DNA of 63,996 bases, counting the filler, from Elsinoe ampelina (Eukaryota), in the NCBI GenBank assembly GCA_010093995.1. It is 4 parts of 4 records of this genome, joined end to end, with 100 filler letters (N's around TTAATTAATTAA, not from the genome) between each part and the next. Parts side by side here need not be neighbours in the genome. Positions count along the whole stretch, not along the records: positions 1 to 27,853 come from ML992557.1; positions 27,954 to 55,781 come from ML992558.1; 2 more parts are not named here. One strand, written 5' to 3'. Position 1 is the first letter of the stretch; each line of letters opens with the position of its first letter. Below are positions 25,410-37,110 of the stretch, in pieces. A program made the translations under genes and the position numbers. Below the pieces are notes generated by a model. That model saw only the letters and a list, made by a program, of their open reading frames with translations. It was not told where the DNA came from and did no database searches.

Positions 25410-25652
25410 TGATTGGAAAGGATCAGGACGGGCTTTCACTTGGGCGGATTCAGCTGGAATGAGGGAATCCGAGGTTCCGAGGATTGTTGTTGTGTAGATT
25501 GAGTGAGATTTGTCCATGATACAGCATCTTCTGTATTTCAGCCTTCTCAGCTGCTCTAGAATGTCCACAGCCACAGCCAGGTCGTGGGAGTCAGGAAAGT
25601 GTCACAGACCTCTACACCGGTACGAGACAGGGCTGCAGCTCGTCTTGCTGGC

Positions 25653-26498
25653 TTAGGCATCACGAGCTCTGCGCATGTACTCGAACCATAATGTTCCAAG
25701 ACCATCGAGTTTCTTGATAGTGATGTTTGCAATCGAAGCGAAATCCAAGCTGTTGTACAATGGATAGCCAGTTGGCGATGCCAGTAGAGTGATTGGTACC
25801 TTCTTGACCAACGCCTCTTTGAATCCTACATTCAGCTGTGCAGCGGCAAATCCGTTGCCGTCCCACTCAGGATGGGTTGCTAAAAGGTTTAGATACAATT
25901 GAGGTTTGTCCGAGCTGTAGATGTATCGCTGCATAGCTGCGTCCATCTGACGCTCCATATCGGCGAGTCGAGTCATATTGGTGTCGAGATGCTTGCTGCA
26001 GTCGAATTCCCCATGGTCACCGGCTTGGACTCTAGTAGTCGATCCTCTGACGAAGCAGGAGGGAGGAATAAAGGGCATGAAGCCGGAGAGCGGCTGCGAG
26101 GCTTGCTGGTCTGGTGATATCCAATTCCAGACTGCGAGTGACACCACTCGTTCCCGGCGAGAGACACGTTCGGTATCATTTATGGGGACTGAAACGACAT
26201 TGACAAAGGTATTGTTAAAGTCTGCATTCTTCCACAGCTCCCCCATGTATCGCCGGGTGCAGTGCCAGGTATAGTTTGTGTAGTCCTTGTCGTGGTAGCG
26301 CCCGTACTGCCACCCTGCGCTCGGCTTGAAAGCGTCTATGAAGACCGTGACAAAATCATCAAGGTCACTCTCTACGACCGGTCGAAGTGTCCAGGCTCTG
26401 TTGGAATTGCTGAGCACATGCTGAGTGTGCCATGGACTGATAGACCACCAGCTTGTCCACTGCAGCGCTGCTGTCAAGATGGTGGTGAAAGGCGCCAT
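25653..26498 (-). CDS. GNAT-family N-acetyltransferase
   Basis: LRPVVESDLDD N-terminal motif; LYLNLLATHPEWDGNGFA (motif A); LASPTGYPLYNSLDF (motif B). Confidence 0.8.
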   Translation of the reverse strand: MAPFTTILTAALQWTSWWSISPWHTQHVLSNSNRAWTLRPVVESDLDDFVTVFIDAFKPSAGWQYGRYHDKDYTNYTWHCTRRYMGELWKNADFNNTFVNVVSVPINDTERVSRRERVVSLAVWNWISPDQQASQPLSGFMPFIPPSCFVRGSTTRVQAGDHGEFDCSKHLDTNMTRLADMERQMDAAMQRYIYSSDKPQLYLNLLATHPEWDGNGFAAAQLNVGFKEALVKKVPITLLASPTGYPLYNSLDFASIANITIKKLDGLGTLWFEYMRRARDA

Positions 26499-27552
26499 AT
26501 CGGTGGAGGTACTGTCGCATAGGAAAATGTTGACATGTTCAAGAACACTCAATCGATGGTGGCCTAGCTACGGGTTACAGCTATGCTATGCTGATGGTGG
26601 CCTGATGATGCTTGAGGTGAGCACTGTGACGTCATATTTGCCCGCCAGTCACGTGCGCTGCCTGGAGCTCCGACTTCCAGGGCAACTTGCATATCTTTGC
26701 CAAACAACTCCATTGCCGTCAGCTGCATGCCTTCCACAGTAACGACGCATGCCTTGAAAGCTCCACGGCCACGACTTCCACTCATGCCGGCCTTACCGTA
26801 ATTTCCACCCGGCAGACCTCCGATTTGGCCTCTCCCACAAATCCGCCTGTCGACGCAGATTCTGCACGAATGTGGTCATAGCTCCTTGCATGTATACCTC
26901 AAATCGCTTCTCGACTCCCAGCCGCCTTGGTCACACAAGCCTAATATGGGATGCAGATCTGCTCGAGCGGACTTGCCGTCGTGCATCCGATGCGCACTCT
27001 GTCAGAATGCCATCTTGAAACCCTGCTAAAATCTGCACGAACCTGGCATTCGCAGGATACAAGCAATGATGCACCCTGCGGTCGATACCTGACGGAAAAC
27101 GCTCCATTGGAGTGCATTTGACCTGCATGGTCGACTGTGCCAGTCGACTGTGGCCTCGTTAGCAGAGACTTAGTCGGACGGCGATGTTGACAGAGCTGAG
27201 AAGATGGATTTTCCGTACAGCACTTGTGAGTCGACGATGACTTTCCATCTTTGCTCCTTTCTGTTTTTCTGCGCTTCCTGAAGCTTCTCACCGTCTCTTT
27301 CGTCCTCTACACTATCTTCCGGCAACGATCACAATTATGACGGCTTCTCAAACCGACCGGCAATCTTCCATCCAGCTGCCTACTATTCTTCTCGAAGAGT
27401 CACGGTATACATGGATTGTCACGGATCGAACTGGCGCCGATTCTCTTGCGGCACAGCCTCCAACTACCACTGGAGGCTGGCTCGGTATTGCGTCACGTTG
27501 TTCACCTGGTAGCTGTCCACCCTGGTCCACTGACTGGACGACCACTCACGTC

Positions 27553-27624
27553 TCGTGCGCTGCAGTGGTTTCGTGCGCTGCAGTGGTTTCGTGCGCTGCA
27601 GTGGTTTCGTGCGCTGCAGTGGTT
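27553..27624. repeat. Perfect tandem repeat, 4 x 18 bp (TCGTGCGCTGCAGTGGTT)
   Basis: Read directly; units are contiguous with no spacers. Confidence 0.95.
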
Positions 27625-27853
27625 TGTCAAGTTAGCACTGTCGATGCAAGAAAGGGCGCAGTTCTTAGGGCTTGTCGGCTCAGATCTCGATCCTCGACAT
27701 CATTCCCCTCCCAGACTTGTTGTCGGAGTATCAATCGGGAGTTCATTGGCCTCGAGCGATGCGGAGAATTCCTCTGGTGAGCACATACAAAACGCAATGC
27801 AAACATGACTTATCCGTCTATCTCGGTGTCTTATCTAATCAGAATGCCGTACG

Positions 27854-27953
27854 NNNNNNNNNNNNNNNNNNNNNNNNNNNNNNNNNNNNNNNNNNNNTTA
27901 ATTAATTAANNNNNNNNNNNNNNNNNNNNNNNNNNNNNNNNNNNNNNNNNNNN
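27854..27953. other. Artificial contig linker (N-run/TTAATTAATTAA/N-run)
   Basis: Identical 100-nt all-frame-stop linker recurs at 55782 and 62562. Confidence 0.97.
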
Positions 27954-28282
27954 ACTAATACACGTTAAAATATCAAAAAACACAAAAATTTCACGAAAAG
28001 TCACGTTGTAATTACTATACTCTAAAGAGTATAGTATTAACCCACTCGACCACCCTAGTATAGTCTAAATAGCCTTTAGCTAGAAGGAACTCTATGTTAG
28101 CTAATTTAGCTAGAGTAATTCGATAGTTTACTATACTAGCTATTATATCTTTTTTTAGCTTCAAAAATCAAGCAATTAACAATAATTACAACTACAATCT
28201 ATCTAGACTTCTGGCTAGCCAAATTTGGTGATGCAACGTCTTAAACGATCACGCCAAGCCTAGGGGTGGCTCGTTTGAACTG
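27954..28282. mobile_element. RIP-degenerate terminus of a Tc1/mariner-like DNA transposon
   Basis: AT- and TpA-rich. The reverse complement begins CAGTTCAAACGAGCCACCCC.AGGCTTGGCG and resembles 62662-62820, the end of the transposase-bearing element. Confidence 0.65.
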
Positions 28283-28610
28283 AAAAGCCCTGTAAACGCT
28301 TCTGCTATAGCTCACGGCAGCCAAAAAGCCCACGCGTCTTTGACAGCGGGCTGCCAGCTCCCTGAAACCTGGCACATCGCGAGTTGCGAAACTGGCTATT
28401 CCGCTTGGAGAGACACAGTGCGTGATGAGGCGTCGCTAGTGCATGGTGGTGATTTCCATGCGCCTGATTTCGACAAGACGGGGATCGTGATCAGGATTGC
28501 GTGCATGGTGGGTGTGAGCTTTTCGATTCTTCTCGGACTGCATCTCTTCTTCTGTTTGTTCAGCACTTCTTGTCACAGGGAGAGTGTACAGCATCTCCAG
28601 ACCATTCACA

Positions 28611-29522
28611 ATGAGGTCGATATCATTACTGTTGCCGTGGCTGGCACTCGTGTCTGCGCAGAGTCTCACATCCTCCGACGGTTATGTTGGCTACAACCTC
28701 GAAGTCACCGGCGATGGCGAATCAGCCGCCTATGAGACAGCCAACACGGACACGAACAACAACACAGCATACACCCCTCCGGACGTCTTTCTCAACGCCA
28801 CTGCCAGCGTCGGCGAGATCAGCATCGGCGTCCAAAACCTCTCAGCCAAGATCAACGTCGACGCCCAAGTCCTCGGCCTCCTCAATTTCGGCGCAGGAGT
28901 CGACCTCTCCATCAACCGCGTAGACCTGATCATCCAGAACGTCAGCGCTCGCGTCCTCCTCGAAGCCCGCCTCGGCAACCTAGTCACCATGATCGACGAC
29001 GTGCTCGACTCCATCGACCTCAACCCACTGCTCGTCTCCCTCGGCCGCACACTCGAGAACGTAGCAGACGGCGTGGGCGACGCTCTCGACGGTGCACTGG
29101 GCGGCGGCTCCACTGGCTCTGGGTCCGGCTCCGGCGCCTCAAACTTGACTGCTCGCTCTGTCCAAACTGTGCTCGACGAGCCGGACAACATCTTGTACTC
29201 TGTCAACGACTACTCGGGCGACACGCACACGAACCGCAAGCTGGAGAACAACGGCGATATCGTGGATCAGTTCCTCGATAACGATGGGCGGGTCAGGAGC
29301 CAGACCACCGTCGGCTCGTATGCCACTGACTTTACCTTTACTGGCCAAGAGAACGAGGTTGTAGTTGATGGCCAGACGTTTAGGTCGAGGGAGTACACGT
29401 ATAAGCCGTTCATCGGGCTTAATATCGTCAGCTATATCTACTTCGATGCGGACGATACTGTGGTCAAGGCGAGAGTGTTTAGTGAGGGTTCGGCGGGTGG
29501 CACCAGCACCATCTCGAATTAG
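28611..29522 (+). CDS. Secreted conserved hypothetical protein
   Basis: Signal peptide MRSISLLLPWLALVSAQ; beta-rich PDVFLNA...LLEARLGNLV domain, Gly/Ser linker, second domain; intronless with coding-like codon usage. Confidence 0.8.
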   Translation: MRSISLLLPWLALVSAQSLTSSDGYVGYNLEVTGDGESAAYETANTDTNNNTAYTPPDVFLNATASVGEISIGVQNLSAKINVDAQVLGLLNFGAGVDLSINRVDLIIQNVSARVLLEARLGNLVTMIDDVLDSIDLNPLLVSLGRTLENVADGVGDALDGALGGGSTGSGSGSGASNLTARSVQTVLDEPDNILYSVNDYSGDTHTNRKLENNGDIVDQFLDNDGRVRSQTTVGSYATDFTFTGQENEVVVDGQTFRSREYTYKPFIGLNIVSYIYFDADDTVVKARVFSEGSAGGTSTISN

Positions 29523-29630
29523 ACATGAGTATTAGCGTAAGCATTAAACGACAGTATATCCCCAACAGCCATGAGTCCAGTCGTGATAGTGCAACAAAAG
29601 CGGGATCTCTTGTGGCACGAAACATTGATA

Positions 29631-30128
29631 TCATGACAATCCGTATTCCACTTTTCTCGTTCCAACGTTGCGTACTTTCGGGTTCGCATCTCGTCCACTT
29701 ATCATCTGCTGTGATTGGTAACTTGTGACATACCGTCCGTCTTTTGTATGCGGCAGCACCCTGCTGACTTCATCTGCGCGACGAAATCCATGCCGGTCGT
29801 CCTCGGGGTGGTAGATCACCCCTCTTATGTTCTTATCACGATCTGTGATTGCCCGCGCATATCCCTTGGGGACTCTTTTGCCGTCTGGGCCGATAGCGTG
29901 GCCCCCGCGGGTCTGTCGCTCGTACGGATACTTCTGAGCCGGAAACTCATAGAGACTGGTGTTGGTACCGAAGAGACCTTCGCCGTCGTGATAGCGGTGG
30001 GGAAAGCCTCTGCTCTTGGCTATCATGGTGGGATCGATGAGGGGCCCTTCGTCCAAGGCTCGTTGCAATTCGGACGTCCTATGAGGTAGCGGACCTGGAC
30101 CGATTTCTGGACGATGCAGTCGATACAT
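29631..30128 (-). CDS. RNase T1/N1/ribotoxin-fold ribonuclease-like protein without signal peptide; possible upstream exon via intron 30138-30183 (start 30312)
   Basis: FPHRYHDGEG...LYEFP...GYARAI...GVIYH...GF reproduces the His-Glu-Arg-His catalytic order of RNase T1 (YPH, EWP, DRV, ITH). Confidence 0.7.
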   Translation of the reverse strand: MYRLHRPEIGPGPLPHRTSELQRALDEGPLIDPTMIAKSRGFPHRYHDGEGLFGTNTSLYEFPAQKYPYERQTRGGHAIGPDGKRVPKGYARAITDRDKNIRGVIYHPEDDRHGFRRADEVSRVLPHTKDGRYVTSYQSQQMISGRDANPKVRNVGTRKVEYGLS

Positions 30129-30883
30129 TTCAGGCTCCTGTTGGAATGAGAGGAGTCGGAGGAATGTGGGTCATTCTACTCACCCCAGCCCATCCCAGCA
30201 ATATTGACGTAGTATGGTCGGTACAGCAGGGATCGTAGAGGGATCGAGGACTTTGGAATGAACGAATTGCTTGCCTTTGTGAGAGACCTACCAGCATACC
30301 ACGACTCATCATATACCAAGTACGCATTCAGCTCAGACGCCGCAGACAAATATAGCTGTAACGATAGGCGCGCAGTCGCACATGAAATTGACTTGATGTG
30401 TGTGCGAGGGGAGCGTGAAACAACTCAAAAGGAAGGCGGGCTGCTTTCACCCATAGGTTCATGACCATGTCATGCAAGAACAAAGTGATAAGGAGAGCGG
30501 AACCATAGCGACTTACCACGTCAAAGGATACCTGTGCATGCATGATACGCTGACAAGTGATAAAATCGAGCGCAGGCAGTCTGACTCTGGTAGTTGTGAT
30601 AGCAGTCTCTGGTTGAGGAAGCGCGCGGCTGGCACACCCCATCTGAGGTGTGATTGGTCGATTTGCCGCTGAAGGCCCCCTGGCCCACTTGCTCACCTTC
30701 ACCATTGGCGCTCATTGTTTCTGCAATTGGGGCGCAAGCTCACTCCAAAACCCTACGCCTGCTGCGGAGAGAAAGGGACGCCAGCAATGCCACAGGACGC
30801 ATCATTGCTGAAGCAAAAGCCAGCTTCTGGAGTAACATAATAAATACTCCGCCACCAGTCTCCAAAGCTTTCCAATAACTACC

Positions 30884-31716
30884 ATGACCACCACATCTGA
30901 GGGGCTCCAGCTCAATGAAGCTGTACTTGACGACGAGGTCAGCTCTGCACCTTACTCGCCAGACCGACAAGTTCTCAATATCTTCCAGAGATACGTCCTA
31001 GCTACGGCCACCACCGATCGGCAAGAGATACTCGATGATCTTGTTGAATTCTATTATGAAGGATACGAGCAGATCCGAGTGATATCAACGGTCCTTCTTG
31101 GTCTCGCAGACATCACGCCCTACAATTCCCCTATCCATATGGAACTGGCGAAACTTGTGCAAGACTTCCGGCAGAATGAGAAGCGTAAAGCCAAATCAAC
31201 AGAGGTGCGTACGCTGCTTTCATTCCGATACCCAAGCTGACCATGTCCCAGTTTCCCAGACCAGAGTACGACTCATTCCTAGGCCAGCTGCTAGAAGACA
31301 TCTCCGACCAGAGGATCGAGCCGCTAGGTGCAGTGCAAGACGGCGTCGATCCGTTGGAATCCGCAAACTTCGACGCCTTTATCGCCCAGCTGTTCGCACT
31401 CGGCATAGACACAGCTTTGTGTCGATACGGTGAAGACGCGATGCACTGCGCATTTGTGTACGACCATTCCGATCAACAGCAGTCTCTCCACGATGCCTAC
31501 ATCATCACTGCGGCGCAATGGATCTTGGTCAGCTCCAGCGCTATGTACGCATCATGTCAGGAGAATCAGTGGACCCTCACGATGACCAAATGGGCGAAGT
31601 GGCGGGAAGGGTTTCTGAGCGTGGCAGAAGATGCACAGCATGGAGCAGAGTGCAGGAAGATTGCTGAGCGTGTAGCTGATATGATGGCTCTGGAGGAGAA
31701 AGCAGCGAAAGGCTGA
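30884..31716 (+). CDS. DUF3632-like helical protein; intron 31205-31251
   Basis: Phase-0 intron joins two ORFs; ANFDAFIAQL, AAQWI, W....WAKWREGF and C-terminal A...ADMM match the recalled DUF3632 pattern. Confidence 0.65.
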
Positions 31717-31927
31717 GGTAGAAGCATCTTAGACCATCTGACTGATGTGGGTCAGGATATATCGCATGACTGTGTGAAATTTGGTTTTGCTTGTTGGGGC
31801 GAAGCTCCACATCTAAATTTGAGCCTGTGACTCTGCGCGAGTGGCCTCATTGAAGAACAATTGGATCCGTAGAGCGGCAATCAGTGAACCCGTTCAACAC
31901 GGGCACTGGTGACTGTCGTACATCGTG

Positions 31928-33849
31928 TCAATCCAGAGGAGCGCAACGACTGCGTTGTCTGATTGCTCGTCCGTACTTGTGGAAGACGTAAGGTACCGGG
32001 ACACAGATGCAGCTGATACAGCCAAGAATCGTTAAGGTGTAGTGTACTCCGAGGTTATGGTAGAACGAAATCTGTTATGAATTAGAATGCATGGCTAACG
32101 ATGAAAAGTCTGTGCGCTTACTCCGACTACTGTCATACCGCCTGCCACCACATATCGGATCAAAGTAACACTGGCCAGCGCACTCGCCGCATAAATCTCG
32201 TACGAGTCTATGATATACTGGTAGCTGCTGATGAAGACGCAGAGGATACCAAAGCCGAAGAAGGCAGATGCGGCGAGTGGTGACCGGATGCTGATATCCT
32301 CGTAGCTAGTCCATCCCATCCAGAGAATACTGATAGGGATGGCCGGTGACCCGTACATGGCGAATCTGAGCCTGAACTCGGGAGGCAAATGCGTGCCACC
32401 TTGTTCTTGAACAGCCCGAAGATTGACCTTTGCTTGGTGGCCAACGAGCGGCACTAGAGCTGTAGCACCGAAGAGACCCACGGCGATACCGACGAAGCAC
32501 AATCCTGTGACGCCTTGTGAGGTGCCGTGGATGTCTTGGAAGATGTACGTGAAGCCGTCCAAGAATGTGAAAAGGACGATATAAATAACTGTGAGGTATA
32601 ATGCAATAAGCAGAATGATCGGTTCAGTAGCAGTCAGAAGGAAAGGTCGGTAGAGTGCTCTACGGAGGCGTGTCAGGAAGTGCTCCTGTCGGACTTCTAC
32701 TTCTGCCCGGTAACGATCGTCTCCAGCGATGTCCCGAAGATGAGAAGCTTTCCACTTGAGGAGTATAGGCGAGAACGTTTCTGGCGCGAAGAGAATGACC
32801 AGGGTGAGCACCAGTCCAGATATGATTAGCGTAATCCATTCAACCCATCTCCATTGCGGTGCTGGTAGTTGGGAAGACCCCTGTGCGATATACCCACCCA
32901 TGACTGGTCCGAGCACAGGGCCAAGGAAAGCTGCATTGGCGAAGACTGGAAATGCGTATACTCTTTCGAATGGATCCCAGATGTCTGATATTGAACCACC
33001 GGCACAAGTCAGAGGCGTTGAGCCGAAGAAACCAGCCAGAAACCGAAATGCCAGTTGAGCGCCAATGTTCGGAGCGAGTGCAGACGCCATGATGAAGATC
33101 ATGTACAACGTGAGCGTGACAATGTAGACCGGGTTACGACCAACAGTCTCTGATATTGGCCCTGCAAACAGAGCGCCGCATCCGAAGCCGACCAGATATA
33201 GTCCAGTTGCAAGAGACTCGACCACTTCTGAGACACCAAATTCTTCCGCCGCTTGTGTCAATGCCATGCTGTCAATGGAGCTGGCGACTCCGACTACAAA
33301 GCCGATGGACGCGATCATTGACGTTATTCCGATTCTGTTCAAGTAGCTCCAATTGTGAGGGTTGGTCGGGTCGTGCTCATCATGATAGCCAACGATGAAG
33401 ACGTTCCCTTCACCACCTTCCTTTGTATGCCGCTTCCGGATGTGTATACCCGTCATGGCTTGTCCAAGTCGACCACCTACCGACTCTTGAGTAGTCAGCC
33501 TTGACAAGTGTCTCCGCATATCTTGGTCCGGCTCGTCTGGCTCATCGCTCGATTCCTCATCTGCTTCCTCCTCCGGCTCTTGTTTTGGTCCCCGTGTGGC
33601 ATCGTGGTCATCTGAGAAAGTGCCAATTGGTCGCCGCGAGTCGACAGCTGCTGAGGTGCTTGGAAGGTGTGAAGATGGACCCGTGCTAACTGCTTTCTCG
33701 GCATCAGTGTCGGAAGGAGCACCAACGTTACGATGGCGGCCAATGGTGTCGCTGAGATCTTGTCTTATTGCATGTATCTTGTCTTCTGCACGGTGTTGCT
33801 GCTGCTCTACGAGCTGTCGACATTGACGATACTATCGAAATGACTGCAT
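31928..33849 (-). CDS. MFS DHA1-type drug:H+ antiporter with premature TAG at codon 6 (33832-33834); 3' intron 32072-32121
   Basis: NPHNWS, GPISETVGRNPVY, PETF, PEFRL, YIIDSY motifs. Frame is open from just after the TAG to the intron; last exon ...LGVHYTLTILG...KYGRAIR ends at 31928. Confidence 0.85.
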
Positions 33850-34497
33850 TTATGGAGTGATGGGATTTGAGCAAATAAGAGCGCAAAGATACCAACCTGG
33901 AATCAACAGCAGCAACGCGCAAATGCTCAACTACTATATCCATGTGCAGAAAATACTGGTGATTTTGTCATCCGGGCCCATCTGCCCGGCCGAACTGCAG
34001 TATCTTCGAAGAGATGCTGCAGTCTAATTGCCGCCGACCCGACCATTGCAGATCTCGTTGGACTGCCAGAGTTTCGGTACTTTGTGTCGTCGATCAAGAT
34101 CTACAATTTCTGCACTTCAGGATGGTCGGAGATGAGTTGACAGCTATGGTCCAGATCGAAACCGGCGAAGGTCGTCTTTGTGCTTAGGTAAGCAGCTACC
34201 GTACCTGCATCTTCTGCACAAGTCGACTCGTTGACAATGATCACTCTGCTACTACCTTTCCTACCTTGACCTTTCCAAATACGCATGCAAGATACACAGC
34301 CTCCATGATGTGGACTACCAGGCTGCCGTCCCATCATGTGCACCGGTCGACTGCTCCTGTCCTGGAACGCTACACGTTCTTTGTGTGCCCCTTGCTTCAT
34401 GTGGATATCTCCACTGGATAATCCCTGCTTTAGCGTAGGCGACGACACGGCATCGCCGGGTGAGTCAGATCTTGTTACAGGCCAATCCTAAGTATAT

Positions 34498-35848
34498 ATG
34501 ACACCTGCCAGAATCGGATTCGCGCCACGCAATTTGTCAACGATGGAACAAGCTGATCGAGCTCACTTTCTTTGTTATGCCGGGCAGACCTCTGACATGA
34601 GGGAGCTGCCGGCGGTCTGGTATGGTGAGCTGGAATTGAACAATTGCCTACCAGATTGCGGACAAATTCAATTGGAAACACAATGGGCTTCGATCCCACT
34701 GTTCTTCCGTTCTTACCAGGGGCCGCTAATTCCCCTTGATCGAAGATCAATCAAACTGTGGAGCCCAATACCGCTTGCAGTCAAGAATGTGAGATCACCG
34801 GACTGACATACCAGGTTGTGGTGCTAAACTTGCCAGAACTTTCAGGAGCTCAAATGCCGGTGCAAGAGCAAAGACGAATGTTCTCTGATCAGGGCCCTTC
34901 TATTCCTCAGTGCAATGCCTGTGGGTTCCTTACCCTCATTCATGTCTCGGCACTGATCATTCGCAGGTGCCCAAGCACATCGACGCTTGTGATCACTGCC
35001 CAAAATCCGTCGGACCACAAGTCTACACACTTCGGTTCGGCCCAGCTTTCAACATTCACTTCAAATACTTCATATCGCTTCCCCAAGAGATACGATACAT
35101 GATCTACCGTCTGGTAGTGGTCAACAGCAGTGCCGATGGAGTCATTACAATGAGCCGGTCAGAGATCAGAGACCCACCAAAGCATAACAAGAGATGCTCA
35201 GGTCCGTACGGGGCTTGGCTGACTTGTGCTCACTCGTATACAACCGTCAGCACTTATCATCCTGGAAAAGAGCACTGGCTGGCACTGCGTCTTGTCAACA
35301 AGCAGATCAGTCAGGAAGTCACAGATCAATTCTTACGAGAGAACGAAATTTGCCTGCAGTCGACCACTGAAACTACCTTCTTCTTGAGGACTTGGATGAC
35401 CTTCGGACAGTCCCTAAGGTCCATTTCTCTTACAGAGATTGACTGGAATTTTGGGCGTGAATTTGTTGTCATGGTCATGGAGTACCCAGATCTATGGCGC
35501 ATCCGGCTCGAACCAACGACTGCCCCATACCAGCTCATGATAGCGGCATGGGCGATGAAGCCTTGGCTGGATCATCTCGGCAGTGACAAAGACGCCGTCA
35601 ATCACATTTGCAAGACTGTCACATTTGGCGATTGCAGGAGATGTAATCTGTCTACCAAGCAGGGCTTCGCAAAGCAGAAAACCTGCCAATGCATGAATGG
35701 TCACAGTCGAAGGCTACGAAGATGCTGGGTAGGCTTCAAAGTGTTGCTGGAGGCACAGTTATTCATCAACAATATGCAGCTGGATGAGGAGTCAAAGGCT
35801 CTTTGGGATGATGTGGACTGCGATATACTGACACAGATGCCGGGATAG
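34498..35848 (+). CDS. F-box-like/Cys-knuckle family member 1 (probable introns 34789-34836, 34921-34966; start uncertain)
   Basis: FISLPQEIRYMIY; LRLVNKQISQEV..FLREN; C-terminal CRRC...CQC. Confidence 0.7.
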
Positions 35849-36198
35849 CCTAGCACGGGTACGGAGACGAATATGATATGGTTTTCAATCAGACTGCGGT
35901 GTTGAGAGATGAACCAGAACCATACTAGGTATTCTTGGCTAGTACTCACATGTCTGTAAGACTATAGACAAAGAACTTTACTCTCGCGAAAAGGCCATGC
36001 CTTTGAGTCCAACGGCGATCGGATTGAGACAAAGCAGGCTTCAGATCCTCTTCTCATGAAAGGTATTGTTCCCTTTCAAATCAAGGACGAAGACCGAGAC
36101 TCACGACTCGTTGGACAGCCTGCTGGAGCCTCTACAAATATGTGACCAGCGGTCCACCATTGACAGGACTACCTTTCTTCTTTTTACAACCCACCACC

Positions 36199-37110
36199 AT
36201 GTCGGACTCCCTCGTGACGATGTTTTCCAGGCTGCGCCTTACAGACATTGACAAGAAGTCCGACAAGAAGCCCGAGAAGAAGCCCGAGAAGCTCGGCTTC
36301 CTTTTCCTGCCCCCCGAGCTGCGTCAGATGGTATACAAGCATGCTATACCTAGTGCCACCTACGTTCAAGTCCCGATCGGCCTCAATACCGTGCATGCTT
36401 CCTCAGACGATGACAAGCACACCACCCTGAGCCTCGCCAGCGCCTGCAGGACCACCCACGCCGAGTTCGCCCACTTGTACTACCAAAACAGCCTCTTCCT
36501 CTTCTGCGACAATGAGGACGCCCGCGCCTTCTTCGCCGCCGTGGGTCGCAACGCACCTCACGTCCGCCGCATTCAGATCCTCGATCCGATGCAGGAGAAC
36601 ATGACCCACTGCTTTATGCCTACAGTCTGGTCTTTCGCCGACAACCTGACTTCCATCCGCCTGGACTTCCCGGCTTCCGTTGTCGATAACGTTCGCCTCC
36701 CCCAGGCCGTCGCTCTGTGGATGACCAAGACCCGCTTTTGCCCAGAGGAGGGTGCCCACAAGTACTTCATCGGGGGCGGCCGTGTGCCCATGTCGATTCT
36801 GAAGCAAGTCATTGCCGGCACCTTCCCCGTCGGGCCCGTCGAGACACGCACTCATTTGGTGGAGAAGATGGTTTTCGCTGTCTGCCCTGGCCATGGCGAG
36901 GGGTCTATCTTCAAGGGCAAGCAGGGTGACCTGGATTGCAAGTGCCGTGGAGGAGTCAACTATCGTAAGCTTTACAAGGTGTTGTGGGAGATGTCGTGCT
37001 TGAGCAAGAGTGCTGTGCTCGATGTGTACGTCGGATATCGTAAGAAGTATGCAGATGGGCAATGGAGGATCAAGACTCTTGAGGAGGACGTTCCTGAGGA
37101 TGCGGAGTAG
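36199..37110 (+). CDS. F-box-like/Cys-knuckle family member 2 (intronless)
   Basis: FLFLPPELRQMVY; ACRTTHAEFAHLYY; CPGH...CKC. Confidence 0.82.
   Translation: MSDSLVTMFSRLRLTDIDKKSDKKPEKKPEKLGFLFLPPELRQMVYKHAIPSATYVQVPIGLNTVHASSDDDKHTTLSLASACRTTHAEFAHLYYQNSLFLFCDNEDARAFFAAVGRNAPHVRRIQILDPMQENMTHCFMPTVWSFADNLTSIRLDFPASVVDNVRLPQAVALWMTKTRFCPEEGAHKYFIGGGRVPMSILKQVIAGTFPVGPVETRTHLVEKMVFAVCPGHGEGSIFKGKQGDLDCKCRGGVNYRKLYKVLWEMSCLSKSAVLDVYVGYRKKYADGQWRIKTLEEDVPEDAE

Noticed and set aside
27553..27624. 18-bp repeats as a CRISPR array
   Set aside because: Units are contiguous with no spacers, there are no cas genes, and the context is eukaryotic; this is a simple minisatellite.
27854..27953. TTAATTAATTAA palindrome as a biological site (also at ~55826 and ~62606)
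   Set aside because: Identical and centred in N-runs three times; an artificial all-frame-stop linker.
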